NCBI GenBank assembly: GCA_039630345.1
Contig: JBCNVD010000020.1
Span: 1-44,942 of the forward strand
Source: Aquificaceae bacterium
GTDB taxonomy: Bacteria > Aquificota > Aquificia > Aquificales > Aquificaceae
Reading direction: 5' to 3'
DNA: 44,942 bases
Position numbers and translations under genes: made by a program. Below the pieces are notes generated by a model, which was given only the letters and a program-made list of their open reading frames with translations, did no database searches and was not told the DNA's origin. This document shows, one piece after another, positions 29,483 through 39,216 of the stretch (positions are counted from its first letter, which is position 1; every line of letters begins with the position of its first letter).

Positions 29483-32400
29483 GATAGAAAATTTTCTCTC
29501 CTATAGAGGTAGTCACGGGATTGACTTTTCCGAGCTTGATTTTTTTGTAATAGTAGGTGGCACGGGTGCAGGTAAATCAAGTCTGATAGAAGCTATATGC
29601 TTTGCGCTGTTTGGAGAAGTGCCAAGAGGCCTAGAGCCCAAGGATCTCATAAACCAAACAGAGCAATACATGAGAGTGAGATTTAGCTTTAGCTTCAGAG
29701 GCGAGAGATTTTCAGTAGAGAGGGCTGTGCACAAACGTAAAGGGCAGGAGGCTATTTTAAAAACAGGCGGACAGAAGTTTTATGGTGTAACCAGAGTAAA
29801 CGAGAAGATATCCTCTATTCTTGGGCTGGGCTTTGAGACATTTACGAAAGTAGTGCATCTGCCTCAGGGTATGTTTGACAGGTTTTTAAAACCCGTTAAG
29901 GCAGTGCAAAGAAGGCAGATGCTACTTGATATACTTGGCTATAGCGCAATTTTTAAAAAACTTAGCGAGTTAGTAAAAGAAGAATACATACAAAAACAGA
30001 CCAAGCTTGAAGACCTAAAAAAAATACAGGAAAAGTATCAGGACATAGACGGCGAGAGCCTGCAAGACATCAGAGAAAACATAAAAAACAAAAAACACAC
30101 ATTAGAGCAGCTTGATAAGGAAAGACAAAAGCTGGAAAAACTTCTGGAGATATGCAGAGAAAGAGACAGGCTCTATCGCGAAAAACAGACAATCATAAAT
30201 AGCCTCCAGGAGTTAGAGAGCTCAAGACTGGCCTACGAATACAACAAAAAACTTTACCAAATAGTCAAATTATTAAACGGGCATGTAGACAAATTCAGTC
30301 AAATACAAGACCTCGAGAGAAAACTTCAACAGGATATGTTAAAACTAGAGCAAGTGGCCAGATCATTGCAGGATGTAAAAACCAGCCTGGAAAGGAAGAA
30401 GTCAGAGCTATATGGTTTAGAAGAACAACTACTTGAGATTGAAGAAGAGAGAGAAAAATCAGGAGACATCAAGCTTGCTATAGACAAGTTTAAGATCCTT
30501 GAGAAAAAACAATTTCAAATCTGGGAATTAAGAATACACATAGCTGAATGTTTTAGAAAACTTGAGGAGGATGAAAATGAAAAGCAGACAGCCCTAAATA
30601 AAGAAGAGAAGCTCAAAGACAGACTAAATAGATTAAATGAGATAGCCAAGGAGCGGGGCAAAGTAATAATACTTAAAGAGGTGGAAAGAGACCTTCAGGA
30701 AAGCTCTTATAAGCTTAAACAAGCCCGCGGCAAAATAGAAGAGCTAAGTTGGGAGATAGAAAACTTAGAGAGCAACCTCAAAGAGCTAAGCAATGAGCTG
30801 GAAGTCCTCTCTCAAAAGCGCCAAACTCTAGATAGAGAGGTCAAGAGATTAAAGAGCGAGAAAGATGAAATTCTTAAGGAATTAAAAAGGCTCGAGGATC
30901 TTTCTGACAGAATAAGAATTCTTGAAAGCGCAGAAAACATAGCAAGAGAATTAAGGGGAATAAGAAAAACGCTTTTTCAAAAAAGTCACGAGCTTGAAGA
31001 AGTTGAGAAAAGCCTTAAGAAGGAGAAGGAAGAGGGGGCCCTTGAGTATCTGGCTTTTGAAATAAGGAGTCTTCTCTCTGAGGGCGAGCGATGCCCGGTT
31101 TGTGGGGGGGAGTTTCATCTCGAGCTGCGAAGCAGCTCGGATCTGGAATATAGAAAAACCGACCTTCTTGATAAGCTTATAAATACCTACCAGAGCCTCA
31201 AAGCGGAGGTAGGGCTCTTAAGAAGCAGGCTGGGAGACTTAAGAGAGAAGTTAAGGTCTTATTTGCATGGACTTGAGAGAGTTAGATTAAAAGCCGCAAG
31301 GAGGATGCTAAAAGAGTTGCCAAGTAGGTTAGCAAAAGTCAGCGAGCAGGAAAGGTTGCAAATAGTGGCGCTGGAAGAGATAAATCTTCAGATAGAAAAA
31401 CTAAATCAGGAATCAAACACGAAAAAAATAGCTCTGGAGCAAAAGAGAGCCCTGAAGGAGAGCTTAAAAGAGTCGATAAATGACCTTGATAGAAAATGCC
31501 AGGATGCAGAAGATAAGATGGCTTCTATTCTGGAAGAGCTTTGCCAGCTTACCGGAGAGGGTTTTTCAAGTGTAGAGGAAGTTTCAATGTATTTTGAAAA
31601 GCTAATCAAAGATATAGATCAGGAGAGTAAAAACCTGGAAGCTATAAAAGACGCAATTGCAAATATGGAAAAACAGGAATATGCTCTCAGAGAGAGAATA
31701 GAGGGTCTTAGGAAGCAGGAGCTAAATGAGCTTGCAGGCTTAGAGGCGCTACAAGGAGAGCTGACAGAGATCTTACAAAGGTGCGGGATTGAAACTGAAA
31801 ATTTAGCTACTTCGGAAGATCTGGAAAGAAGACTATGGCTTATTGAAAAGACGTTTACGAATTTAAAAAACCATAAACTTAAACTTGAAGAGGATATTAG
31901 AGTTCTGGAAGAAAAAGAGCATAGCCTAGAAAGTCAATTAGTAGCTTTGAATACTCAGATTAGAGGCTATCAGGATATGCTAAGTAATCTCAAGAGTCAG
32001 CTCAAGAACTACCTTGGGCATCTTTCCCAAGAGGATATAAACCTGGGTTTGAAAAATGTAGACAGGTTAAATGCTTTGGAGCACGAGATAAATAATTTCA
32101 CAAATAGAGAAAGCACGCTAAGAGAAAACCTTGAGAAGCTAGAAAGGGAGATATCAAATATAGGACAGCCCGAGGAAACTAGTCTTATAGAGATAAAAAT
32201 CCGTCAAATACGGGACTCAATTATGAAAATAGCTCAGGAGATAGGTAATTTAGAGGCAAAGGAGGAGTCTGCCAGGAAATCTATAGAGGAAAAGACCAGG
32301 TTAGAAGAGGAAATAAAAACCCTTGAAAGAGAGACAGAAATACTGAAAAAAGTTAAAAACGACATAACAAGCGACAACTTTCCGGAGTTTATAAGCAGTA

Positions 32401-32861
32401 TGCTAATGAACGATCTTGTGAATCTAGCAAACAATCATATGCTTCGCCTGTCTGCAGGCTCTTATAGCATGGAGTTTGAAGGAGGAGAAGTCATAGTAAA
32501 AGACTTATTAAATAACAAGATACGCAACTCAAAGACATTAAGCGGTGGGGAGACTTTTCTTGCCAGCCTTAGCCTTGCTTTTGCTCTATCTGATATGATA
32601 AGCGCCCAGTCTGCAATCGAGTGTCTTTTTATAGACGAGGGGTTTGGAACTCTTGATAAAAGCGCGCGCGAGCGCGTTGGGTCTTTCCTCAATGACATTA
32701 AGCAAAATGCCAACAGAATGGTTGGAATCATTACCCACATGGAAGACATAGCAGAGCTATTTACCAAAAGGTTAATTATCAAAAAAACCAGCCAGGGCTC
32801 TAAAATAGAGGCTGAGCCTGAAACTGCGTTGATAGAAAAGCCCTTTGAATTTAATTTATGA
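29463..32861 (+). CDS. sbcC: SbcC/Rad50 SMC-like ATPase
   Basis: Walker A GGTGAGKSS, long coiled coils with central CPVC Zn hook, LSGGE signature, FIDEGFG Walker B, ITH switch. Confidence 0.95.
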   Translation: MKPVKLEIENFLSYRGSHGIDFSELDFFVIVGGTGAGKSSLIEAICFALFGEVPRGLEPKDLINQTEQYMRVRFSFSFRGERFSVERAVHKRKGQEAILKTGGQKFYGVTRVNEKISSILGLGFETFTKVVHLPQGMFDRFLKPVKAVQRRQMLLDILGYSAIFKKLSELVKEEYIQKQTKLEDLKKIQEKYQDIDGESLQDIRENIKNKKHTLEQLDKERQKLEKLLEICRERDRLYREKQTIINSLQELESSRLAYEYNKKLYQIVKLLNGHVDKFSQIQDLERKLQQDMLKLEQVARSLQDVKTSLERKKSELYGLEEQLLEIEEEREKSGDIKLAIDKFKILEKKQFQIWELRIHIAECFRKLEEDENEKQTALNKEEKLKDRLNRLNEIAKERGKVIILKEVERDLQESSYKLKQARGKIEELSWEIENLESNLKELSNELEVLSQKRQTLDREVKRLKSEKDEILKELKRLEDLSDRIRILESAENIARELRGIRKTLFQKSHELEEVEKSLKKEKEEGALEYLAFEIRSLLSEGERCPVCGGEFHLELRSSSDLEYRKTDLLDKLINTYQSLKAEVGLLRSRLGDLREKLRSYLHGLERVRLKAARRMLKELPSRLAKVSEQERLQIVALEEINLQIEKLNQESNTKKIALEQKRALKESLKESINDLDRKCQDAEDKMASILEELCQLTGEGFSSVEEVSMYFEKLIKDIDQESKNLEAIKDAIANMEKQEYALRERIEGLRKQELNELAGLEALQGELTEILQRCGIETENLATSEDLERRLWLIEKTFTNLKNHKLKLEEDIRVLEEKEHSLESQLVALNTQIRGYQDMLSNLKSQLKNYLGHLSQEDINLGLKNVDRLNALEHEINNFTNRESTLRENLEKLEREISNIGQPEETSLIEIKIRQIRDSIMKIAQEIGNLEAKEESARKSIEEKTRLEEEIKTLERETEILKKVKNDITSDNFPEFISSMLMNDLVNLANNHMLRLSAGSYSMEFEGGEVIVKDLLNNKIRNSKTLSGGETFLASLSLAFALSDMISAQSAIECLFIDEGFGTLDKSARERVGSFLNDIKQNANRMVGIITHMEDIAELFTKRLIIKKTSQGSKIEAEPETALIEKPFEFNL

Positions 32862-34138
32862 TGAGAGCTCTTTTGGGGGTTTTGATAATGGCTTTGGGAT
32901 TGGCGCAAGGGGTTGTTCAATATAGGCTAAGTAGCGGCGCTACTTTGAGTGTTAAGCAAAGACCGGATAGCCCCGCCGTGGCGGTGCAGGTCTGGGTAGG
33001 GGTCGGCTCTTTGGCAGAAGGTATAAACCAGAAAGGCATGGCTCACTTTTTAGAGCACATGCTATTTAACGGCTCGGAAGGATACGCTCAGGGCGAGATA
33101 GACCAGATTGTTGAATCCATGGGAGGTAGCATAAACGCAGGCACATCAAAGGACTTTACTTACTACCATATAACCATCGCAAAGCCTTACTGGAAGGACG
33201 CTTTGAGGCTAATTTATCACCTGACCCAAAAGCCTTTGCTTAAGGAAGAAGCTATTGAGAAAGAAAAGCCAATAGTTCTGGAGGAAATAAAAAGAAAAGA
33301 CGACGACCCAAGAAACAAGCTCTGGGAAGAATTGGAAAAGCAAGTTTATAAAATATCGCCATATAGAGACCCAATACTTGGCTTTGAGAGAACTGTTAGT
33401 GCCTTTACTCAGCAGGATTTAATAGAGTTTTTTAAAAACTATTACGCCCCGCAGGCTGTTAATATAGTGGTAGTTGGGGATGTAGATCCCGAAGAGGTAT
33501 ATCAGCTTGCAGAAAACACCTTTGGCAAAGAAGAAAAAAGACAACTCAAAAAGCCAAAAGCTAGCAAAGAGCCACAACAACTTGAAAACAGGTCAAAACT
33601 TGTGCAAGATAGCAGACTCTCAAACGCTTACTGGGCAATTGCTTGGCGAGTGCCGGGTATAAAATCGCATGAATACCCGGCGCTTATCGTGCTTGACCAG
33701 ATTCTTGGAACAGGGAGAACTTCGGTTTTATTTAGAGAAGTTCGCGAAAGAGGCTTTGCTTCTTTAGTAAGCTCAGGAGATTTCTCCAGACCAGAAGATA
33801 ACATCTTTTATATCTTTGCCTCTACATCCCCAGATAGAGTAGACTCTTTGAGAGAGAGGGTTTTTAGCTTGCTTAATAACCCTGAAAGCATAATAACAAA
33901 AGAGGCAGTGGAATCTGCAAAGAGAAGACTTATCAACTCAAGAGCTTTTGAACACGAAAGGGTGCAATCTGAAGCCTTTAGCATAGGCTATAATCTAACA
34001 GTCGGCAAGAGTCTAAATCTTTACCTTCATTATGACAATAGCATAATGTCAGTAACCAAAGAAGATGTTTTAAATGTTCTTAACAAATACATCGTCGCAA
34101 AACCCTATTCCGAGGTTATCCTAAGTCCGCAGAGATGA
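32858..34138 (+). CDS. M16 family zinc peptidase, catalytic subunit
   Basis: HxxEH 'AHFLEHMLF', 'NAGTS', downstream 'VLEE'; N-terminal signal-like segment. Confidence 0.92.
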   Translation: MMRALLGVLIMALGLAQGVVQYRLSSGATLSVKQRPDSPAVAVQVWVGVGSLAEGINQKGMAHFLEHMLFNGSEGYAQGEIDQIVESMGGSINAGTSKDFTYYHITIAKPYWKDALRLIYHLTQKPLLKEEAIEKEKPIVLEEIKRKDDDPRNKLWEELEKQVYKISPYRDPILGFERTVSAFTQQDLIEFFKNYYAPQAVNIVVVGDVDPEEVYQLAENTFGKEEKRQLKKPKASKEPQQLENRSKLVQDSRLSNAYWAIAWRVPGIKSHEYPALIVLDQILGTGRTSVLFREVRERGFASLVSSGDFSRPEDNIFYIFASTSPDRVDSLRERVFSLLNNPESIITKEAVESAKRRLINSRAFEHERVQSEAFSIGYNLTVGKSLNLYLHYDNSIMSVTKEDVLNVLNKYIVAKPYSEVILSPQR

Positions 34139-35379
34139 AATTAATATTTTGGGTTATTCTTTTCTTTGTGAGCTCTAGCGCAAAGATTCTAGAAATCAAC
34201 CACGAAAAAGGTGCAAAGCTAATAATTAAGCAAACATCGGGTCCCGGACTTGTAGCCGGCACTATATTGATCCCGGGTGGAACAGAAGGGGAAAAAAACC
34301 CGGGCGAGACAAATCTTCTAAGCCAGCTGCTTTTAAAAGGCACATCGCGCTTTAGCGCGGAAGAAATCTCAAGCACATTCGAGGACTTTGGGGGCAGCAT
34401 AAGCATAACCACTCACGAAGACTATATAGAACTCTCTTTTGAAACCAGAACTCAGGGCCTTGACAAAGCCCTTGAGGTAATAAAGAGCATCCTCACACAG
34501 CCTCTCATAAAAGAAGAGGATTTATCAAGAGAGAAGAAAAACGCGCTCGAGGCTATCGCCTCTCGCGCAGAGAGCCCCCAGACCTTCGCCATAGACAGAC
34601 TAAGAGCTCTGGCTTTTGAGGGCACAAACTACGCCTATCCGCCAGTTGGCACCCCTGAGGGCGTTTTGGCAACTACTGCGGAAAGACTCAAGCAGAGGTT
34701 AAATGAAGTCTTGATTGCAAAAGGAGCAATTTTTGCGCTGGTTGGAGATTTTGAAGCTAAAGAGTTTCAAGACAAACTGATAAAAGTTTTAGACATACTA
34801 ACTCATTCCCATATAGATTCAAAGAGCAAAATCCCCATAACAGAGTCAAAACAAATCAGAGTCAAAAGAGAAGGCTCTCAATCAACTGCGGTATGTATGT
34901 TTATGGCGCCTTCGGCAAAAGATGGAGATTATTACCCGTTTTTGGTTCTTGATGCTGCCCTCGGTAGTGGTATGTCCTCTTTGCTATTTCAGGAACTTAG
35001 AGAAAAGCGCGGGTATGCATATGCGGTCTTTTCGTTTATAAGAAATCTCTCAAGAGCTCCTCGACTTTTAACATACATAGGCACATCACCTGAAAGAGGA
35101 GAGCAGGTCATGAACGAGATGGTAGAGCTGATAAAATCCCACGAATTTAAAGACGAGCAGGTAGAGCTCGCCAAAAAGAGACTCATAGGTCTTCACCTGC
35201 TTAGGCGTCAAACCAGACGCCAGCAATCCTCAGCTCTTGCATGGAGCGAGGCAACCGGTGCAGGCTGGAAGTCAGAGCAGGAGTTTCAAAACAGGATTGC
35301 TATGGTGGATACAGCTTCAGTAAACAGAGTAAAAGAGCTATATCTAAAGTCTCATCAATGCATTTTAGTAGGACCTTAA
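34135..35379 (+). CDS. M16 family peptidase-like protein, non-catalytic subunit
   Basis: M16 fold with 'GSGMSSLLFQELREKRGYAY', but HxxEH replaced by 'NLLSQ'. Confidence 0.88.
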   Translation: MKLIFWVILFFVSSSAKILEINHEKGAKLIIKQTSGPGLVAGTILIPGGTEGEKNPGETNLLSQLLLKGTSRFSAEEISSTFEDFGGSISITTHEDYIELSFETRTQGLDKALEVIKSILTQPLIKEEDLSREKKNALEAIASRAESPQTFAIDRLRALAFEGTNYAYPPVGTPEGVLATTAERLKQRLNEVLIAKGAIFALVGDFEAKEFQDKLIKVLDILTHSHIDSKSKIPITESKQIRVKREGSQSTAVCMFMAPSAKDGDYYPFLVLDAALGSGMSSLLFQELREKRGYAYAVFSFIRNLSRAPRLLTYIGTSPERGEQVMNEMVELIKSHEFKDEQVELAKKRLIGLHLLRRQTRRQQSSALAWSEATGAGWKSEQEFQNRIAMVDTASVNRVKELYLKSHQCILVGP

Positions 35380-35380
35380 G

Positions 35381-35677
35381 ATGGCGGACTTTACAAAAGC
35401 GGGTCTTGATAGGGGCAACATAGAACAGGAGCTTAAAAACACCCTTACTTCTATAAAGATGCTAATAAGAGCCTGCCAGGCGACTGTAGATGAGCTTACA
35501 GAGGAAGAGATAGAATACGACCTAAAGCAATACGAACTTATGCACGAAAGAGAAATACTGCCACTTTTAAAGCGAGCAAAAGCAGAAAAAACAAAGTCTA
35601 TATTAGAGCTCTCTAAAGAGCTAGAAAGTAGCTTTGAAACCCTTTTAAAAATATTGAGAGACAAGCTAAATAGATAA
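35381..35677 (+). CDS. Hypothetical protein (98 aa, helical)
   Basis: ATG 1 nt after the upstream stop, AGGA RBS, co-oriented with the operon. Confidence 0.75.
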   Translation: MADFTKAGLDRGNIEQELKNTLTSIKMLIRACQATVDELTEEEIEYDLKQYELMHEREILPLLKRAKAEKTKSILELSKELESSFETLLKILRDKLNR

Positions 35678-35679
35678 TG

Positions 35680-36026
35680 TGGTGGAGGCGGCGGGAATCG
35701 AACCCGCGTCCGAGGGCTTTCAGAGCCCAGAGCCTCTACAGGCTTAGGCAGTGCTTTTTACCGCCTGGCGGGCGTCCAACTGCCAAACTCCCTGCCAGGG
35801 GTCAGGTCCTTGATCTTGGGCAGTAGCCAGACCCGAGAGCTATCTGCCCGCTCCCCTGTGTCTGAACCCTTCTAACCAGCCCAGAGGAGAAGCCAGTTAG
35901 GGGCTGCAGCCTTTTATTAGGCTGCGAGTGCTAGTTCAGCTTCGGGAGCTGTTTTGGGTGGCTATTAAAGGTTGCCAACCTGCCTGCAACCCTGCCTTAC
36001 TGCCCCCGTCGAACCCATTCGCCCCC
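35680..36026 (-). ncRNA. ssrA: tmRNA
   Basis: 5' GGGGGCG...GGTTCGACGGGG; 3' GGACGCGGGTTCGATTCCCGCCGCCTCCACCA with encoded CCA and G3-U70 Ala identity; tag ORF 35949-35920 encodes APEAELALAA followed by TAATAA. Confidence 0.97.
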
Positions 36027-36118
36027 TTCACAGGCAAAGGATAATATATCCATTATTTGGCTATAAGATAACATGATTTAAATCATAAACCTCTCAGAGA
36101 TTAAAATCTATAACAAAT

Positions 36119-37249
36119 ATGCACCGCTTTAAAAAACTCAGAGCAATATCCAGAAAGCTAAGGATAAAAAAAGCTCAGGGCAAAACCCTGAAAGAGATAT
36201 ACCAATCAAAGCTAGTAACGTCGCTTGATCCTCTCAAGCTCCCGCTTCTTATGCTACATACGTGGCTAAGCTTTGGCACTATTGGATATATGATGCTCTC
36301 AGACGGCAACTTTATAGACTCAATCTATATGACCGTTATAACAATAGGCACCATAGGCTTTGGGGAGGTAGTTCAGGGAAGCCAAACGCCACAGGGACGG
36401 ATATTCTCAACCTTTCTTGCAATCAGCGGAATAGGGGTATTTACAACCTCTGTAACGGTGATTATAAGAACAATTCTGGTTGGAGATATCCCAAGACTTG
36501 TTAAAATGCTTATGGTGCTATCTAGGATTGAGAAGCTAGAAAGACATGTTATAGTTTGCGGTTTTAATCGCTCTTCTCTTTGGCTTATAAAAGCCTTAAC
36601 TTCACGCAAAGTCAATACCGTTTTGGTAGACGGAAGAGAAAACTCAATAAAAGCCGCAAAAGAAGCTGAGATAGAGCTATTTATACCAGAAGAGCCATAT
36701 AAAAAAATAGCGCTCAAATCTGCAGGCATAGAGAGAGCTTCTTATCTTGTTTCGCTCTTTGAAGAAGAGGAGAAAAACATGGCAGTAATTGCCATAGCAA
36801 GGCTTTTGCGTCCAAACAGGTCAGAATTTACCATAATAGCAACTGCGCCTTCAGAAGGGAGCGCCCATAAACTCCAGGAGCTTGGGGCAAATGTTGTAGT
36901 GGTGCCAGATAAATTGCTTGCAAACAGGATATTCTCTCATGTTCTTCACAATACTGGCGCTTATATATCTGACCTTTTTGACAAAATAGCTTACGGAGAA
37001 GAGGCAGAGCTGGGCGTAGTTGAGTTAAACATAGAGGCAAACAGCGCTCTTATTAATAAAAAACTAAAAGACCTCGATTTTAGAAGAATTTATGGAGTTA
37101 CAATAATAGGAATCAAGCGCCTTGATGGCACTCTGGAGATATCCATCAGCGGGGAAACACAATTAGAGCAAGGAGACACTCTTTTGCTGCTGGGTAGACC
37201 CAAAAACCTGGAAAAGGTTCTAAGTCTCTATCAGAGCATAACAAAATGA
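36119..37249 (+). CDS. 2-TM potassium channel with RCK (TrkA_N/TrkA_C) domains
   Basis: 'YMTVITIGTIGFGE' pore/filter, 'HVIVCG' RCK-N, C-terminal RCK-C 'GVTIIGIKR...GDTLLLLG'. Confidence 0.92.
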   Translation: MHRFKKLRAISRKLRIKKAQGKTLKEIYQSKLVTSLDPLKLPLLMLHTWLSFGTIGYMMLSDGNFIDSIYMTVITIGTIGFGEVVQGSQTPQGRIFSTFLAISGIGVFTTSVTVIIRTILVGDIPRLVKMLMVLSRIEKLERHVIVCGFNRSSLWLIKALTSRKVNTVLVDGRENSIKAAKEAEIELFIPEEPYKKIALKSAGIERASYLVSLFEEEEKNMAVIAIARLLRPNRSEFTIIATAPSEGSAHKLQELGANVVVVPDKLLANRIFSHVLHNTGAYISDLFDKIAYGEEAELGVVELNIEANSALINKKLKDLDFRRIYGVTIIGIKRLDGTLEISISGETQLEQGDTLLLLGRPKNLEKVLSLYQSITK

Positions 37250-37584
37250 GACTTAAGAAGATAATGACTGACTTTTTTCTCCTTATGGCGCTAACAACCA
37301 ATATCAGCTTTATATTTTATCCAAACCCTTACGAGCTTGTGATAACCGTTATTGCAAACCTGACTGCAACTATCCTTAAACTCGGCGAGGGCAAGATTCT
37401 GGCCACAGAAATGACCGCGGCAAGTATGGTAGCAGATCTTCATCTACTTCCGGCAGTTTTTATCTTCTTTCTTGGCAATCACGAAGAAGCAACCAGCCTT
37501 GCAATAGGAGCACTCGCTGCAAACATCATTTCGGTTCTTTTATCAATCATTGAAGCAATTTTCAGCTATCTCTCTGAGGAATAG
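37246..37584 (+). CDS. Small membrane protein (DUF6394-like)
   Basis: Hydrophobic 112 aa with 'ANLTATILKLG' and 'SMVADLHLLPA'; ATGA overlap with the channel gene. Confidence 0.7.
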   Translation: MRLKKIMTDFFLLMALTTNISFIFYPNPYELVITVIANLTATILKLGEGKILATEMTAASMVADLHLLPAVFIFFLGNHEEATSLAIGALAANIISVLLSIIEAIFSYLSEE

Positions 37585-39183
37585 AGATTCTTCTTTATGC
37601 TCCTTTCCTTTTAGCTCTTTAAAGACCAAAATAAGCCTTTCACACTCATAAATAAGTGCAAGCTCAAAGTCCTTTAGCGACTTAAGGGCATTATAAACCT
37701 CAACAGAGCTCATGGAAGATTTTAACTTTTTAACTATATCTGGTTTTTTTGACCTTAAGAATTCAAACCCTTGCTTGACCCAGCGAGGGGCTTGCATCTT
37801 ATTAAGCACTTCACCCTCAGATAGCGAAATTATAAACGCAGAATATCCAAATTTATCACAAATCCCAAACTCACAAAGTAGCCTCCAGAGTCTATTTAGA
37901 TCCTCAGGTTTTGCCCAGGAAAAGCCCTCAAAGATGTTTTGAAAGACCTCTATGCTCCTTAGCCACTCGATAAACTTTGGCGAATCAATCAGACTTAGAA
38001 TTTGATTTATTTCTTTATAAATCCGCGCCTTTGGCGCGAGTTTTAAAAACCCCAAAGAGCCCTGCATCAGCTCCATGGTCCAGGGCTCTATATTTAACCC
38101 ATCTCTTATAAAAAACCTTATGGCCCTGAGAATTCTTACTGGGTCTTCAACAAAACTCAGAGGATGCAAAACCCTTAGCTGTTTCAAACCAAGGTCCGAA
38201 AGACCCCCACAGGGGTCTATAAAGTGCCCGCTTTTAATCTCCAGAGCCATGGCGTTGATGCTAAAGTCCCTTCGCCACAGGTCTTCGGGTAAACCTCCCT
38301 GCTCTACCCTGGGGTATGCACCGGGGGATTCATAACTTTCCTGTCTTGCGCTTGATAGTTCTATATGTAAATCTTTAAAACTCAGCTTTGCGGTCCCAAA
38401 CTCTTCAAAAACCTGAGAACTTTCTGAGATTTTACGAGCCAAAGCCCCTGCGTCCCCAAGAAACAAAATGTCAACCTCTTTTAAATCCCCCGGCTTTAGA
38501 AAAATGTCCCTGACCGCTCCCCCAACTAAAAAACAGCCTTCCTGGTTAAATACCTCACTAAGCACTCTTAAAATATCAAGGCTGTAAAAACTCCCAAAGA
38601 GCTCTCCAAGCCAGATAGAAAAAACTCTCAGGTTAAACTCTCCAATTAAATTACCTTCCTCAACAACCGGCAAAGCGGGGCAATCAAACCAAAGCAGTTT
38701 TTGCACCCCTTGCCATACAGGCTCTTTTGCATCCAGAAGTTTTTTGATGCATATCTCTCCTGCTAAAGGGTTAAGTCCAAGGCTTTTAGCTCTTAAACTG
38801 TCTTGGATTCTCAAAACCCCAAGGGCTTTGCCGGAATTAACCACAATTGCATGAGAAAGGCCTCTTGAGGATGCTCTTTTTGCGCAATCAAGAGCATTTT
38901 GACTAAAGTCCACGCAAAATGGCTTTGACAAATACAGCTCTTTAAGAACGAGTTTCGTATCAGGCTCATTTAAAGATGAGAGCAAAGACATAATCACAAG
39001 TCCCAGATTTGAAAATCCTACATTTAGCTCGCTTCCTAATTTTTTACTGATATACTCAAGACCAAAGATGCGAAGATGATATTGAGAGTCTTTTTGATAG
39101 ATGCAAACAGAGTTTTTAAATTCCTCAGTGGGTTCTTGAGAGCCAAAGATAAGGGCTTTATCGCCTAGTTTGATTATTTTCAT
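37543..39183 (-). CDS. Class II tRNA nucleotidyltransferase, probably A-adding type, with degenerate CBS region
   Basis: 'LVGGAVRD', 'FGTA', flexible loop 'ARQESYESPGAYPRV', 'EDLWRRDFSINAMA', 'SFVEDPVRILRAIRF'; CBS-like 'LPVVEEGNLIG'. Confidence 0.88.
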   Translation of the reverse strand: MKIIKLGDKALIFGSQEPTEEFKNSVCIYQKDSQYHLRIFGLEYISKKLGSELNVGFSNLGLVIMSLLSSLNEPDTKLVLKELYLSKPFCVDFSQNALDCAKRASSRGLSHAIVVNSGKALGVLRIQDSLRAKSLGLNPLAGEICIKKLLDAKEPVWQGVQKLLWFDCPALPVVEEGNLIGEFNLRVFSIWLGELFGSFYSLDILRVLSEVFNQEGCFLVGGAVRDIFLKPGDLKEVDILFLGDAGALARKISESSQVFEEFGTAKLSFKDLHIELSSARQESYESPGAYPRVEQGGLPEDLWRRDFSINAMALEIKSGHFIDPCGGLSDLGLKQLRVLHPLSFVEDPVRILRAIRFFIRDGLNIEPWTMELMQGSLGFLKLAPKARIYKEINQILSLIDSPKFIEWLRSIEVFQNIFEGFSWAKPEDLNRLWRLLCEFGICDKFGYSAFIISLSEGEVLNKMQAPRWVKQGFEFLRSKKPDIVKKLKSSMSSVEVYNALKSLKDFELALIYECERLILVFKELKGKEHKEESLFLREIAENCFND

Positions 39184-39190
39184 CTCTTTT

Positions 39191-39212
39191 CGCGGCGCTA
39201 AATAGCGCCGCG
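39191..39212. terminator. GC-rich hairpin between dsbC and the nucleotidyltransferase gene
   Basis: CGCGGCGCTA-AA-TAGCGCCGCG perfect inverted repeat; T-run follows only on the + strand. Confidence 0.55.
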
Positions 39213-39216
39213 GTTT

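Noticed and set aside
28346..32861. Nuclease plus SMC ATPase as a defence system (Wadjet/Lamassu-like)
   Set aside because: Canonical SbcD phosphoesterase motifs and SbcC Zn hook, with no kleisin/KITE or effector genes; ordinary SbcCD
35640..35700. tmRNA and tRNA 3' ends as integration sites for an island or prophage
   Set aside because: No integrase, no duplicated 3' fragment seen, and flanks are housekeeping genes; the sites look empty
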